From Blastocystis sp. Blastoise (Eukaryota > Protista > Bigyra: Opalinata), in contig JBBPEB010000005.1 in assembly GCA_039096225.1 (NCBI GenBank), positions 1,116,001-1,180,000 of the forward strand: DNA of 64,000 bases, in the 5' to 3' direction. The position numbers and the translations under genes are program-made. Shown piece after piece: positions 1-18,040 of this stretch. The notes beneath the pieces are model-generated. The model saw nothing but the letters and a program-made list of their open reading frames with translations, did no database searches and had not been told where the DNA came from. How positions within the stretch are numbered: the first letter of the stretch is position 1; every line of letters begins with the position of its first letter.

Positions 1-2008
1 ATGTTATTCATATAATAGAGTAGAATATCTTTATATATATATACAGTAATACAATTAGGTATGTTTAAATGATGATATATAAATAATAATTCAAAAAACA
101 TATTTTGGGTCTATATATATATAGATTATTATATATGTATAAAGATATAACATATAATAATAGCATACAATATGGTCAATTGCTTGATTATACAAAGATA
201 AATAATGTTTTATATAATTATAATTAAGATTATAGTCACCTATATATATATATATGTTTATTAATATATATATATATACCAAAAATAAGCATATCATGAA
301 TAGAAATCAAAGTATCATTATTTTTATCAAATGATTTAAACTATATATATATATATATAATTATAATTATAATAACTTATCTATAAATAAAACTACATAC
401 AAATATACATAAATTCTTAAATAGATTTATATTGAATAAACTGTTTTCTAAAAGATGTTCTTTTTGTCTTGAAGATTCTTGAAATGCAGTCACGTGCTTT
501 GATTGAGGGATGGATGCGTTATAAGGGATATAAATTGTACTATTGTAACATTCGTACGGTTGTTTTGTAAATAGAAGAAATTCACGCAGAATCGGACATA
601 CCAGTAATTCATATATCGAAATAACTATATATATATATATAGTTTATTATAATAATCTAGATTATTATTTTTATGAAAGTCTATTCTATTCAATTAAATC
701 AATATAAATATATATATATATATATAATACATTGAGTTTTAATTTGAAGTGTAACTTTGAAACAATTACAAACGAATGCTATATACTGAACAACAAAGTC
801 TTTCTATGTATGTATGTATATATATATAGTATTAAATGAATATGATATATAATAGTATATAAATAGAATAATGATTATGTGTATATATATTACTTGAATA
901 GTAAATTGACTTTGAAAGCATTGAACTTGATGATCTATATAATTATAGAATTCAGGAACTGTAATTATATCGTCATTTGAATCAGAATAAGATCTATATA
1001 TATGTAATTATTATTATTAATAATGTATATATATAATTATTATTATTAATAATGTATATATATGTAATTATTATTATTAATAATGTATATATATGTAATT
1101 ATTATTATTAGCAATTTATATATTATTTAAATAAAAATTATTTTTAATAATAAATTAGTAAATCAAATGAACATTATTATCAATAATGTTTATATTATTT
1201 AAATAACAATAATAATAATATATATACTAGAAATCCAAATAACAATAACAATAATATATATACAATAAATCAAAATAGCAATCATAATAGGAAACTAGTT
1301 CGACAAGAAATAAAATAAGATCATCACAAGATATAGTTGTATCTTTTGAATTAATTAATAACTATATATATACAATAATGATGATGAATAAGAACTATGA
1401 TATATATAGAATAAAAAAAATACTTTAGAAAATAATTGTGGCTGAAATATGAATTCTAAAGGATGATTACAGAAGACAGAACATAATCTTTCATAATCCT
1501 GAGATGTTAGTGAAATTCTATGTGCAAGTTGACTTGATACCTCACCCACATGCTATATTGAATAAAACATTTTGAGTAAAGAAAAATATAATAAGAGCCT
1601 ATATAAAGAATCAATATACTTGCATTGTTATTTTAGACCTCTTGCGAAGATCTAAGGCGTGTTTTCGAGCAATTTCTGAAACTAATGTTGAAGACTCCAA
1701 CATATCCAGACTCTATAAATAATAAATTATTGTTTTAAAGAGAACAAATAGATTATATGTAGAACTATGTAACAGAAAAATACAAACGACTTTCTTTTGG
1801 AGAGAGGTGACTGATTTGTTTTGAGTGGAGCCAAAGAAATAATACTTGATTTTTCTAAACTTAAGCAATCTATAAAAAATTCAAAATGAGCATAAACGAC
1901 AGTAATAGAAGCACAAAATATGAACAATTGAATACCTAATTCATATTCTTCATCAGATTTAAAACCTATCTTTTTGAGTTTTGATATAATAAGGTCTTTG
2001 GAATTCAT
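1..2008 (-). CDS. Multi-exon hypothetical protein, 3' end probably near or beyond window start
   Basis: ATG at 2008 (MNSKDLIISKLKKIGF...). GT-AG-bounded, GC-richer exons continue at about 1619-1713, 1423-1552, 893-994, 732-803 and about 405-623. No family recognised. Confidence 0.6.
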
Positions 2009-2446
2009 AAAGGCAATAATAAAAGGAAAATATAAGAACTCAAAAAAGAAGAATTTTTAAAAGAATTCAAAAATGAATTTTTTCTTTTCATATTTTATTG
2101 TTGTTTTTTTAAATAATTTTGTAAAAATAATTTTTGAATTCATTTAGTAATTGTTACACATATATATAGCAAATATAATATAATATCGAAAAAATGTCCA
2201 TTGATTAAGTATCAAGTTATTGTTTTTATTCTAAAATAATAGACTTCTATGATGTACAAAGTAATGTGCATCATTTTAGTTTATTAAATAAGATAATGTA
2301 ACAAAATAAATGGTAATGAGAGAGTCATATAGAAAAATAAAGTATAGAATTGCAATGAATTACGAATAAATGATAACATATACCAATGTATAAAAAAGTG
2401 AAAAACAGAAAAGAACGAAAAAGTATATATATACAAAGAACAGAGA

Positions 2447-2719
2447 TTAAAACAAAGTGACTTTTTTCTCTTCTAAATAATCTCGAATATCAGAGTATAA
2501 TAACACATATTGATTATTCTTTAATAACGGGAATTCTTGACGTATTCTATAGATATGATTATGGATATAATAATTATATTATATTAATGTTTATATGTAT
2601 GTTGGATTATATATATATATACGTTTCTCCAACTACAAAATTAGGGATATCTTCTAAAACACGAACATATACATAAACATTCAAATTGGGACGAGGTACT
2701 AAGTTTAATAATGTTATAT

Positions 2720-2753
<34 letters not shown>

Positions 2754-3644
2754 TATATAATAATAATAATAATATAATTTAGATAATAATAATAATAATA
2801 ACTATAATAATAATAATACATATATACTCATATTATCTCGGTCATTATTCCCGGTATCAGCTAGACCTTGAAATTCAGCGGGAAGAGAATTAACGACATT
2901 ATAATGTAAATAATCACCTTTTATATCTACATATCTATAAATATGTATATACATATATATAATATCAAGTAATATCCCTATATGAAAATAAAAATAACTA
3001 TATATATATATATATACTTTGTTAAGTATTCATACTCTTCATTTGACATTCGATTCTTCATAGATGATTCTTGTATATAATAAAATGCATAAGTCTCAAT
3101 CTATATATATATATATAAAGAATTAAAAAAAAATTATCAATATATATATATATACCTTATGAAGTCTGATTCTTAAATAATTCACAACTAAATATTTACA
3201 TCGATCCAAATCCATCTAAATATTTATATACATTATAATATTCATTAAATAGAATGTATCTTGATATACCTGATACAAATTTGATTCAAAAGATTCATCT
3301 ATGGTAGATACTTGGTTATCATCAAGAATTGATTGCTATATATTACAAATAATATAATTATATTTTTCTTTAATTAATTTATGTAAATAAGCTAAATATA
3401 AAAATACTGTTTCTTTGATCTTAACTAAGAACTGATCGATAATATCTTTGTCATAATGTAATATTTCTGGAGCCGCCTATTTAGATTATATAGAACATCG
3501 CATATGGAGAATAATGAAAGAATTATTTGAACATACTTTTTCGTTATTCATCGCTCTTTGAAGAAGAACATAATTATTAGTTGACTGAGAATCCATAGCC
3601 AAAGAATCCTCAGTACCTAAGAGAGTATCCAAAGAATCCTCCAT
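2447..3644 (-). CDS. SLD5: GINS complex subunit Sld5/GINS4 (multi-exon)
   Basis: Spliced translation includes LQRAMNNEK/AAPEILHYD, MDLDRCKYLVVNYLRIRLHK/IETYAFYY, MSNEEYEY, PRPNLNVYVYVRVLED and YSDIRDYLEEKKVTLF*, matching Sld5 motifs. Confidence 0.88.
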
Positions 3645-3805
3645 CTTTATTCTAAGAACACTACTATTAACTTGAATACAAACAAAACAAATTAATCATA
3701 CAAAAATTCAAGATTTTTCGGTATTTCAAAACGAAAATAAGAAAATAAATACGGGAACAAAATAATGGTTTACAATTTCTTATAATTATACTCTCACACT
3801 ATACT

Positions 3806-4870
3806 ATGGGCCAACCTACAGAGGAAGGATATGAGATCTTAGAAGCTGTTATAAAATGCATTTTAGCTAGATGGAGTACTCTTAATATTGCTGTTGAATA
3901 TGGATTTGGAGGCTCAGACTCTTATTACATGCGATTCGATTTAGAAGACGACTTACTGATGAATATTAAGGAACGTTGGAATGCTAAAGGTGGTATATTT
4001 TCATTATTATTAATGAATTTGCTATAAATTCTTAATTTCCAATATCAACATTGTTTTTATTTTTATATAAATTCGATTCTTCTAGAAAAAGCTAAAATCT
4101 TTTCCGATGAAATTGAAGTTTTCTTACGTGGAGAATTAGAAGACAATTTTAATACTGTCTGTGATGATGAAGATCCAAAACAAGTATATAAAATATTCTT
4201 TTATGTGTTGTGGACAATCTTTCTACTATTTTATTTTCATTTATTATTTTTTAAAAAATTAATAAGATATATTTTCATTTTATTGTAAATAGATTGGAAG
4301 AGAAATTGTTTCTTTTTATAATGAATGCTATAATGGTGAATTAGATCATGCAAATCAATATTTAGATAAATATTTTGGTATATATATTATGTTAAGTGTT
4401 ATTATAAAAAAAAAATATTATGTTAAGTGTTATTATAATATAAATATTATGTTAACTGTTTATTATAAAAAAATATTTCAATATATCTCTACTCATTCTA
4501 TAGATACTGCTAAACAACAAATTGATAAATTAGCATCATTTATTGGTAAGACTTGTGTTGATGAAGTATAAAGATATATAATATAAACTATATTTCTATA
4601 AAATAATAACAATAATTTGAATCATTAGACTATTTATGATAGTTTATTGATTTAAACTATTGTTCAGTTTGATAAAAATTATATATTTATTCATATTATT
4701 ATATATAGGATAATGAAGATGCTGAATTTGAAGAAGATGATGACGATGCTTACGAAGAAGTTCATTGTATGAGTGATTGCGATAGTTCTTCATGCGCTAG
4801 TCATGATGAAGAAAAACAAGAAGAAGAAGATGATGGATGGGTATCTGTTAAAAAAGGGAAAAAGAAGTAA
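3806..4870 (+). CDS. TSR2: Pre-rRNA-processing protein TSR2 (multi-exon)
   Basis: ILARWSTLNIAVEYGFGG, EIEVFLRGELEDNFNTVCDDEDPKQ and an acidic tail ending DDGWVSVKKGKKK* are typical of the TSR2 (WGG) family. Confidence 0.88.
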
Positions 4871-5334
4871 TTCTTTATGATTCTTTGTTATTTGTTTTCA
4901 TATATATATGTATCCAACTTCAATTGTTTTTTTTGCAATATTCCATATGACTTCTTTTTGATTTATTTATATATATCTGTTGATCATTTTATTTTTTGTT
5001 TTGCTTTATCGCTTTTGTTCTTCCGTTATTGTTCACATATACTTCTGGAGCTCTTAGCATGTTATATACCAAAATTCAGAGAATAATTTTTTTATTTAAA
5101 TATATTTTAATTTGAAAAACAAATATGGAGCGTTTCAAAAACACACACATTACTGAATCAGGGGAATATTCAAAAACTCTCCATAAACGACGAAGTTACC
5201 AAAGAAAATTTAAAAATCAATTTTTTTTTGGAATTGAAGCCATTTTGTCTTTACAAGAAAAAGAAAAAGGTTATTTAGGATATCTAATCAAGTTTTTCTT
5301 CTTTTTATTTCAGTTTATTAGATATTTCATTGTA

Positions 5335-6502
5335 ATGGGAAATTGTATGTCTTTAACTCCATTAACAGAGACTGTTGATCAGCCATCAATTGAAATGACA
5401 CCTCCTGATAGAGAAGCACCTGTGTTGCCTGCAGAGTACATAGCAAAGATGAATGAGGATCGTATTCAGGAATGCAAACCTATAGGCTGGCAGAATCCAG
5501 ATGTGTTAAAGTATGGTTATTTATTGATATTTAGTTGTTTAATAAATACTATGTATATTTTAAAATAATATAGATGGTTGGATATCATTGGTTTAGGAAG
5601 TTACAGAACATATTTTTTGAAAAATGGTGTTAATGGTGAATATTTGCTTCAAATAGATCCTGATGATATAACAAATACATTAATGATTCAAAATGATATG
5701 CATAAATTATCTCTCCTTAAAGCAATGTATATTATTTTTTATTAATTTTAAAACAATAATATTATATATACTTTTTCAACTATATATATATAATTTAGTG
5801 ATGTTTTAAAAGCTCAACCGAATATTGATTATACAAATTGGCGATGGTCTGCTGATAATATCTTAACATGGCTTGAAATTCGTGGTTTAAGTATATTAAA
5901 ACAATCGTTTAAAATCAATGCTGTTCACGGGGGATTATTATTTGGATTCACCAAAGAAGATTTTCAAAATTATGTATATATATATATATATAGTGTTATT
6001 TTATATATTTTAATAAAGTTATTTAAAAAAAAAATCATTTTTTTCTTGCATTTTAAAATGATATTCTATTATTGTTATATTATATAATTATAATAATAAT
6101 AAATCTATTTTAATAATACTAATAATAATTCTATATGTATAACTATATATATATATATAGTTACACATAGGTACAGAATTTGGTAGTTTACTTCATCTCG
6201 ATAGTTTGATGGCATGTATTGAATATGAAAAAGTGAAAGCGAAAAAGAATTATTCAACCCGTTGTTCCTTAGGGGGAAGCTCGTTATTCTCGGAAGACGG
6301 ACAAATTCAGGCGATTTCAGAAACAGAAGATCCAGTGGATGAAGAAGATAAAATTAAGTATATTTATAAATTATATTTATTATATTTATTATGTTTATTA
6401 TGTTTATTATATTTATTATATATATAATATTTATTATATTTATTATGTTTATTATGTTTATTATGTTTATTATGTTTATTTTTATTTATTATATTTATTA
6501 TG

Positions 6503-6538
<36 letters not shown>

Positions 6539-7217
6539 AGTCTCTATATATATATATATATAGTATAATCCCCGAGTGGTCTCTGCGCGAAGTGTGCGCC
6601 TGGTTGTCGGACCATTACGTGGGTCATCTCAGCGATACTTTTATTAACTATGGCGTCAACGGCGCTTATCTTCTTACTCTTGGTATACTATTATTATTAT
6701 ATATAATATTTATTATTATATGTAATATTTATTATTATATATAATATTTATTATTATATGTAATATTTATTATTATATATAATATTTACTATATATATAT
6801 ATAGATCGAGATGTATTAGAACAAGGTATGAATTTAACAAGTGTACTTTCTAAGTCTGTCGCTAAGAAAATTGATAAATTGAGAACTGCATATAAAGAAG
6901 GAATATCTGTTGAACTTGGCATTAAAAGTATATATATTATTATTATTATTAATCTTTTTCATATTTTGTCATTTCTTCTTCTCCTTCTTATAATTATAAT
7001 AATATTATTATTATTATTATGAATATTTTTCTGATTCATACAGCTATTATATAATAATTATTAATATATATATATATATATATATAGTAATAGATGATGA
7101 CACATCGAACTCCACTTCTCTTCGTCCTTCTATGGCTAAATATATAACCGAAGAATCTCCAGATATTATATACTTGGACACTCCTGAAGAAGATAAAAAA
7201 CTAGATGTGAAGGTATA

Positions 7218-7272
<55 letters not shown>

Positions 7273-7309
7273 TATATAGAAAGTATCCTTATCTCATGTT
7301 TCCTTATAA
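5335..7309 (+). CDS. Putatively N-myristoylated protein with three SAM domains (multi-exon)
   Basis: Starts MGNCMS. Three SAM-like units: WQNPDVLKWLDIIGLGSYRTYFLKNGVNGEYLLQI; WSADNILTWLEIRGLSILKQSFKINAVHGGLLFGF; WSLREVCAWLSDHYVGHLSDTFINYGVNGAYLLTL. The last exon is less certain. Confidence 0.75.
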
Positions 7310-8151
7310 ATAATACTATTATAAATAATATATATATTTCTATTCTATATTTTGTATCTGCTGTTCTTTTATTCTCTTTGTTGTATGTTTATTCTTTATG
7401 TATATGTATATATATAATTAACCATTTCATTTATGCACAGTCTATTTTATTCATTTTTAAACAATTTGATAGTTATTTTATTCTTTATGTTCTCATTATA
7501 TATATATATATTAATTAGCGTTATTTATAGTTCTTCTGTTTATATATTAATAATATAATACCTATATATCTATCTTCATTTTAAATTCATTCATATATTT
7601 TTTTTTTAAATTCAAATCATTTGTCTCTTTTTTTCCATTTTTTTCTTTTTTTTATGTTGTATTTTGTCTTATTGTCGTTCTTATTATCATTAAACATAAA
7701 TTATATATTATTTAAATAATACAAATTCTTTCTTTGTTTTCATTCTAAAAAAAATTTTTATATCCTTTTTATTCTAGTTTTATATATATATATATTTGTA
7801 TAATAGTATTCAAAAATTTATTGTCATGTAATATATTCAATTAAATTCCATAAATTAAAGAATATAGATTTAAAAATATATGCTTTATCTAGTAAAAAAA
7901 ATATGGTTTCTCTTAACATAACAAATTGATTTAATGACTATATTTAAAAATTGAACCAAAACATAAAACAATGGATATTTAATGAAAAAATTTAAAAAAT
8001 ACTAATAAAAAAGCAGAAAATTATTATCACAAAGGTATATATATATATATATATAATACTTATTGAGCAGTATACTAATGATAGTCAATTCTAGAAAGAC
8101 AATCTGAACAATATATAATGATTTTGAAAAGAATCTCTTTTATCTTTTAGC

Positions 8152-8669
8152 TCATTGAGAGTTTGCAGCTTCAATATTCATATCTCGAATCTCCTCGAAT
8201 GCCTCGGATATATTTGTATATTTATAAGGAGACTGTATTTGACATTTCATTTCATTTCGATTTTTAGTTTTGCTATTGGTATCTATACCTGACTTTGGAG
8301 GTTTTACTATGTCTTCACTATTATTTTTATCATGAATAGAATCATTCAATTCAATTTCCATTTTGTCTTCTTGATCACTACTTGTAGCTACGTCAATAGG
8401 AATAGTATCAGAAGTTTCTACATCATGAATGGCTTGTGATTCTCGCCTGCTCTTCACAGATTCTAACCATTGGTCATATACATCATCCCATAAATTTGTT
8501 TTTTCAACAAAATCTAATGATTGGAGTTGATCAGATATCGGATAAGAATCATCAGGACATCTACAGAAAGAATTTGATGGATGTCCATATAATATTCTTA
8601 TGTTGATTTCTTCAATAATGGCTTTTAATACTTTTTTTCGATCTCTTTCTTTTTCTATTAGGCAGGACC
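8152..8669 (-). CDS. Terminal exon of a hypothetical protein; upstream exons uncertain
   Basis: About 170 codons open from an AG acceptor near 8670 (SCLIEKERDRKKVLKAIIEEINIRILYGHPSNSFCRCPDD...) to TGA at 8152. Confidence 0.45.
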
Positions 8670-9686
8670 TATAATTTTATATGATGAATCATAAGAACAT
8701 ACATCGTATGACAAATTCCTTTAAAAGAAAACAAAGGAAATAAACAAAAGAAAATGCATATTCATTTATAAAACGTGCCATGAAGAAAAATAAATTGTCT
8801 TATTGGATAGTCTCATTCTTTTCAAGAAATATACCAATCATTTTATGTATTTTAGTAAATTAATTTTCAAACGATATCTTTGGAATATTATTGTGTTTTT
8901 CTTTTATTTGCTATTTATATAAACTATACTTACAGAAAAAACTTATAAAGAAGTTTTCCATGAAAGTATATATGATAGAAACATAAATGAAAACACTTCC
9001 ATTTCAAAATAACTATCTAATATAGAATTTGATTCTTTATTGAATGATTCGGAGACATAGAAATAACTATATTTCAACGGTAATCTCAATATGAACATAT
9101 GGTTTCGTCTTCACCATCAAAAACAAAAAATAGAGTTATTTGATAAAATAGAACATATACATATAGAATGATAGTTGCTGAAATAAATAAATCAAGAAAA
9201 CACAGGAAATAATCATAAAAAAGAGACTCTGAAGAAGATTTCTTATTTGAGTCTTTTATACTGTTTATTTATGGTCTCTAGAAAATAGTTACTTTTTAAA
9301 AGTTTATACGAATATAAATAATCATTTCTTTTATATGTGACATGATTCTACATAATGAGTTGATAGAAATAATTATTTTGAAATATATAAATCTATTGGA
9401 TAAAAATACAAGAATATCCAATAATATGTATTTTAAAGGTCATAGTTTCAATGAAGTCGCATCACTCTTCTTTTATGTGTATAGTATATGCATATATATC
9501 TTAACGTGGTTCTACTGTCTAACATATATATGTATTTGCCATAAAAAACTATATTAAAGAAATTATTGTATATTCAGTATTATATAAATTTTTCTTATTA
9601 TTATTTGTTAAAGAACCCTTTTTTAATACATGACATATATATTATAATTTGCTTATTATTAATTCTATAATTATTTATGTTGTAGG

Positions 9687-10750
9687 AGACGTTTCATGTT
9701 AAAATTGAATCCGAATACGAATAAACAAGAAAACACGACAATTATGTTTTCCTTTATTAAAAGATACACAATTCAATTCATCATCAGTAAATACATAGAT
9801 TATAGTTTGTTAGCATCAATAAATAATTATTCCTAAAGAGATCAATGAATTCAAAAGAATTAATTGATGATTTTGGTTTTTATTCCATAGATAATGATTT
9901 AGATTCATTAGACTGGATAATCACAAAATATATAATTCAGAAAAGAAATAGTAATTCTATTCTTGAAGAAAATGAAGCAAATCAAATTCGAAATGTAAGT
10001 CTTTTTTCTTATAAAACAAATAGTAATTAGTTGAAAATATATTTCAAAGTGTATATTATATAATTAGCTTATAATGTGTATAAAACAAAAAGTCATAACT
10101 AATCGAAATCATTTCTTAAAGATATATATTGAGGAGCCAATTATTAGTACATATATTATTTGCAAAAGATATGAAATATAGGCGATGACTTTCATAAAAA
10201 ATTACCAAATAATGAAAAATATGGTATATTTTTGAGGATCTTCTATAGTATTCTATATATAGACATATGGTGTTGTAAGAATTGCTGTTTATATAATCCA
10301 ATTTCTTGTGACCATTGTGTTTATTGCTCATTCTCAAATATATATAATGTATATATATAGTAAAAATCATTTAAATAGTCTTATTAAATTATTTGTATAT
10401 AGAATGTTTCTTATATAATTCACTATTTTGAAAATATATATATAGGGATCTAATGAAAATAGAAAACAACACGAAAAAAATGATGTGATTCTAAAATATA
10501 ATTATTGCTCCATGTAAATATTTATTCAATAATATAGTATTATTTATTATTATATACTGTTATAGGCTATTATTAAAATAGAGTATATAGTATAAAATAC
10601 TATATATAAATACTATATTATTATATAGATGTTATGAGAGAATGAATGAAGTTTGTTTTATACCTTGTGGTCATGTCACGTGCAAAGAATGTTCGAATCG
10701 AATTCCTGAAGTACACAAATGTCCTTTCTGTAAACAAGAAATAGAACAAC
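9687..10750 (+). pseudogene. C3HC4 RING-finger gene, disrupted near its 3' end by CACTA element 1; upstream exon appears frameshifted
   Basis: Exons at about 10445-10512 and 10629-10750 give CSICYERMNEVCFIPCGHVTCKECSNRIPEVHKCPFCKQEIEQ. The original end (QIDIHL*) resumes at 19169-19188. Confidence 0.75.
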
Positions 10751-11876
10751 CACTATGGACATTTTGTGTTTTTTTGACCCTATTTCCCGTAAGAGAAACA
10801 ACAAAATGACTGGGATTTTTTAATCAAAAATACGTTGGCCTAAACTCGAGAAAAGAGTGTCCGCCAACTTGTCAAGTTTCTCTCTTTTTGACGAGAAAAA
10901 CTTAAAAATAACTCTACAAAATATATTGTTTATTTATATAATCATAGACATTCTAAATATTGACTATTTTACAGTGTTTTATGATTTAAAATGACTGTTT
11001 AAAACCAAAAAGACTTTAATTTTTTCTCTGAAGTCTATAATTCAGGAATGGATTACATGAGTGAGAAGTTTTTAAAATTTGTGTATTCTCTGAGTGATAT
11101 ATTATCATTTCAATCATTCTCGTCAAGTCCTTTTACAATATAAACCATTATACAGCCTAAATCAACACACACCTAAAAATTTCTTCTTTTTGATTTCCCA
11201 AGGAAAAAACAATAAAATGACTTGACTTTTTTATTCATAATTTTTTAGCCTAAAGACGACAGCATTCTTTTAGCCAACTACCCTAGAAAGTCAAAACAAT
11301 TAAAAATTCAAAAAAGAAAAGTAAAACAGAAGCTCTTGTTTTTGTTTATTGATTATCGTCAATAAACCTGTTTTTAAAAATATGACTTTAGAATATCATT
11401 CAGGACTTGATTTATAGTTCAGGGTATCGTTTTAAGGTTTAAAATAGCTTTTTTAAGAGAATTCATAATTATGTCCTAAACCAAGAGGAGTTGTGCGTTT
11501 TTATCATCTCTGTTGTTAGGCATACTTATACACAACATACTCAGCTTACAAAATTGTTTTTCCTGCTTGTTGTGATTTCCACTCATTTTTAAATATTTGA
11601 TTTTTAGTTTCAAAAGTTGTATAGAGTCTCTATACATGCCTGTAAGAATCGTTTTTAATAATAAAAAGTCTAAAATATTAAAGAAAAGTGACAGTGAAAA
11701 AAAGGAGGGAAAAAATATTTTTTTGAGTTTCTAGATATTCCCGCAAAAATGATTTTTCTTTTAAGACCTGAATACACCCATACGCTATTGAGCCTATTGA
11801 CTTAGAAAATATTTCATTTGTTACATATTTTTTTTATTTTTATTCTATTTTTATTTGCCTTTATTTTTAAAAATAG

Positions 11877-12329
11877 AAGCTCATTTTAACTTCAGACTGT
11901 TCCCTTGTATGTATATTGCTATTTTTTATTCTTTACCCATATTAACATTCTCCCATTCTCTAGCATGTATAGGTTCCTGCTCGTCCGTGGTTATAAGAGT
12001 CCTCTTCAGTCCATGTCAACAACGTCTATGATGTCAAACTGTTTTTAAAGTATATATGTATTTATTTATTTTTATAATTATCTCTTATCTTTTTATTTTT
12101 TATATTGCTGTAATATTATATGATAAAATACTTATCGTATATTCATTCTATCTATTATTAACTTTCTTTTTTTTTTCTTGAATTAGAATTCTAATTCATT
12201 TTATTATTTATTTTCATTATTTTTATATTTTTATTTATTATTATTTATTTATTTAGGTTGTTTTCTACTGTTTCTGTTGGTTATCTTTCCCTATGACTCA
12301 ACATCACCAAATTCATTTTTTTCTATTAG
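11877..12329 (+). ncRNA. Element-1 spliced exon array 1 (no ORF)
   Basis: GC-richer blocks bounded by AG/GT at about 11877-11907, 11973-12049 and 12257-12329. No continuous reading frame. Transcription is inferred, not shown. Confidence 0.4.
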
Positions 12330-15800
<3,471 letters not shown>

Positions 15801-16063
15801 TGCATTCCTTATTATTATAGATCTCTATATATCTATCTTTGTCATTTATTATAAATTATTTTTCATTTTTTTTATTAATCTCAATAATTAAAGACCCTAT
15901 CTCATTTACTTTATATTTCTTTCTCTTTTATTCTTTTTTACTTCTTTTCCCTTCTTCTAGCATCCTTTTTCACTTATACATATATAAATATATCCTTACA
16001 CATCATACTGACTCATTATTCCTACTATTTTACTTTCATTTATGTATTTTTATTCTATATTAT

Positions 16064-16132
16064 CCTTAAGCTTATATTGGTAAGTATCTATCAGTTTATG
16101 ATAGAAAACAGGTTCAATTCCTGTCTTAAGGT
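16064..16132 (+). ncRNA. tRNA-like cloverleaf (atypical or pseudo-tRNA) inside element 1
   Basis: Stems CCTTAAG/CTTAAGG, CTTA/TAAG, TCTATCA/TGATAGA, and ACAGG-TTCAATT-CCTGT with B-box GGTTCAATTCC. Linker lengths and anticodon loop are non-canonical. Confidence 0.55.
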
Positions 16133-18040
16133 CAATTACATAACTAATTCTTTATATATAGGTATCAATAATTATATTATATTAATTTTTTCAAAAATTA
16201 TCTATTCAAATAGATGAAGATAAATTAGATCAATTACTATTTTTTCTTTACATATGTATTTATTTCATCATTGAATGCATTGATAATATATAGATCAATC
16301 AAAAATAGCATTCAAAATAATCTTTTTAACAAAAAGAGACACAATAACAGTCAATTACTTCTTAAGTGTATTATAAAACAAAATAATCTTCTCAAAAGAT
16401 TATTCAAGTCGTTTTATAATGAGTATATGTGAAAAATTAGTTTAGTTCAAAATAATAATTCTAAATTTTTCAAAATTATATTATCAAATGATTCTGCGTA
16501 ATTTTTTTTTCATATAACCACTATACCCTTTTACACAAGAAAATAATCATTTAAATACATTTTTAAGTTGATAAACAATAAATTAAGAATTTATTCTTGT
16601 TAAAAAACAAAATTCTTAGAAAATATTACTAGAATCATACAAATAATCAATGCAACTATTCAATTATACACCTTTAACGTGATTTAAGACAAGTCATAAA
16701 AATGGAGATTCTCAATATTTTATATTTTTTAACTAATTGATATTTTAATAACTTTTAAACTTCATTTAAACACTAAATATGTAATATAATATGTTTTTGT
16801 CATTTTCGAAATTAGAATATGTATTTCAAATAATTTTAGTTTTACTAAAAATCACTTAAAATGAATACACAGAGTTTGTAGACAATAAATAAATTATGAA
16901 TAAAACTATATATCGATATAAGACTTTTTTTGACAAAAAAGTGATTTTTGCATTTGTTTTATAATAAACTATCAACACGACTCCGACTATTCAACTAAAA
17001 ATATATAAAATATGATTTTTGTTTGTTTATACGTATATTTGATAATAGTAAGTCCTTGAATACTAGAAAAAGTTCTTGCTGAGTAATTATAAAATACTAT
17101 TTTGATTTGTTTTTGATATTATTTAAATGAAAAACACTATTTGCATGAAAAAACGCTTACCTTATGTATATCAAGTCTATTTAAAGGTATTAGAAGACTT
17201 TAACTTGATTTCAATTATTGCTTTAATTCACTTTAAAAATATTTTTTCCACTCTCTTTGTCATATTGTGATAATAAATTAATAAAAAATCGGGACAAATA
17301 CATTAAAAAGATAATATTTCATAACATTTTCGACTCTAGACCTTTTTATCTTCATTTTCTTTATTTTATCATTTTATTGAAGATATGTGATTTAAACTGA
17401 TTCTTTAATTAATGATTCAGGCAATCATTCTGGATTATATAAATGACTTTTATTCTGGAAATAGAAGTTTCAGAGTCTTCTCTATAAGTCTGTATTGTAA
17501 CCTATATTTATTTTTTAAAAGACTTATACTTACTGAGTGATACTAAAAATAATTTTGACAATTAAGGATAAAAATCACTCTTCCATAGTCAAAACTGATT
17601 ATAAAATGATATAATGATAAATAACTATATAATTCTTTAAAATAAAACAATTTTTGTATTACTTATGATAATTATGATAAATTGAAAATAACAATAACAA
17701 TATCCATTTTCCTCATAGAAATAAAATTTTTCTTTCTCTTTTATTCTTAACCATTCATTTCATTTATGATGAAGATTCTCTATATTTAGTAGATATGAGA
17801 TTATTCATGTTTATTTTCATTATTTCAGCTATATCTTCTAAATTCCTATTACACCCTTTTATAACAAAACAAAATGCTACATGACTTATCACATATTTAT
17901 TTTATTATATCTTATATGATTAATATGATATATTATTAAATTATTACTTTATTTCATATCATATGATACTATTATGATGGTAGGTGTTTGCTGTTTCTTT
18001 ATATTTTATTTTTTTCTACTCTACTCATTCATTTTCTATA

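Noticed and set aside
7283-7292. GTATCCTTAT as a U12 donor in the SAM gene
   Set aside because: It lies 3 nt after an acceptor and reads simply as a terminal exon (KVSLSHVSL*). No convincing downstream branch site or exon.
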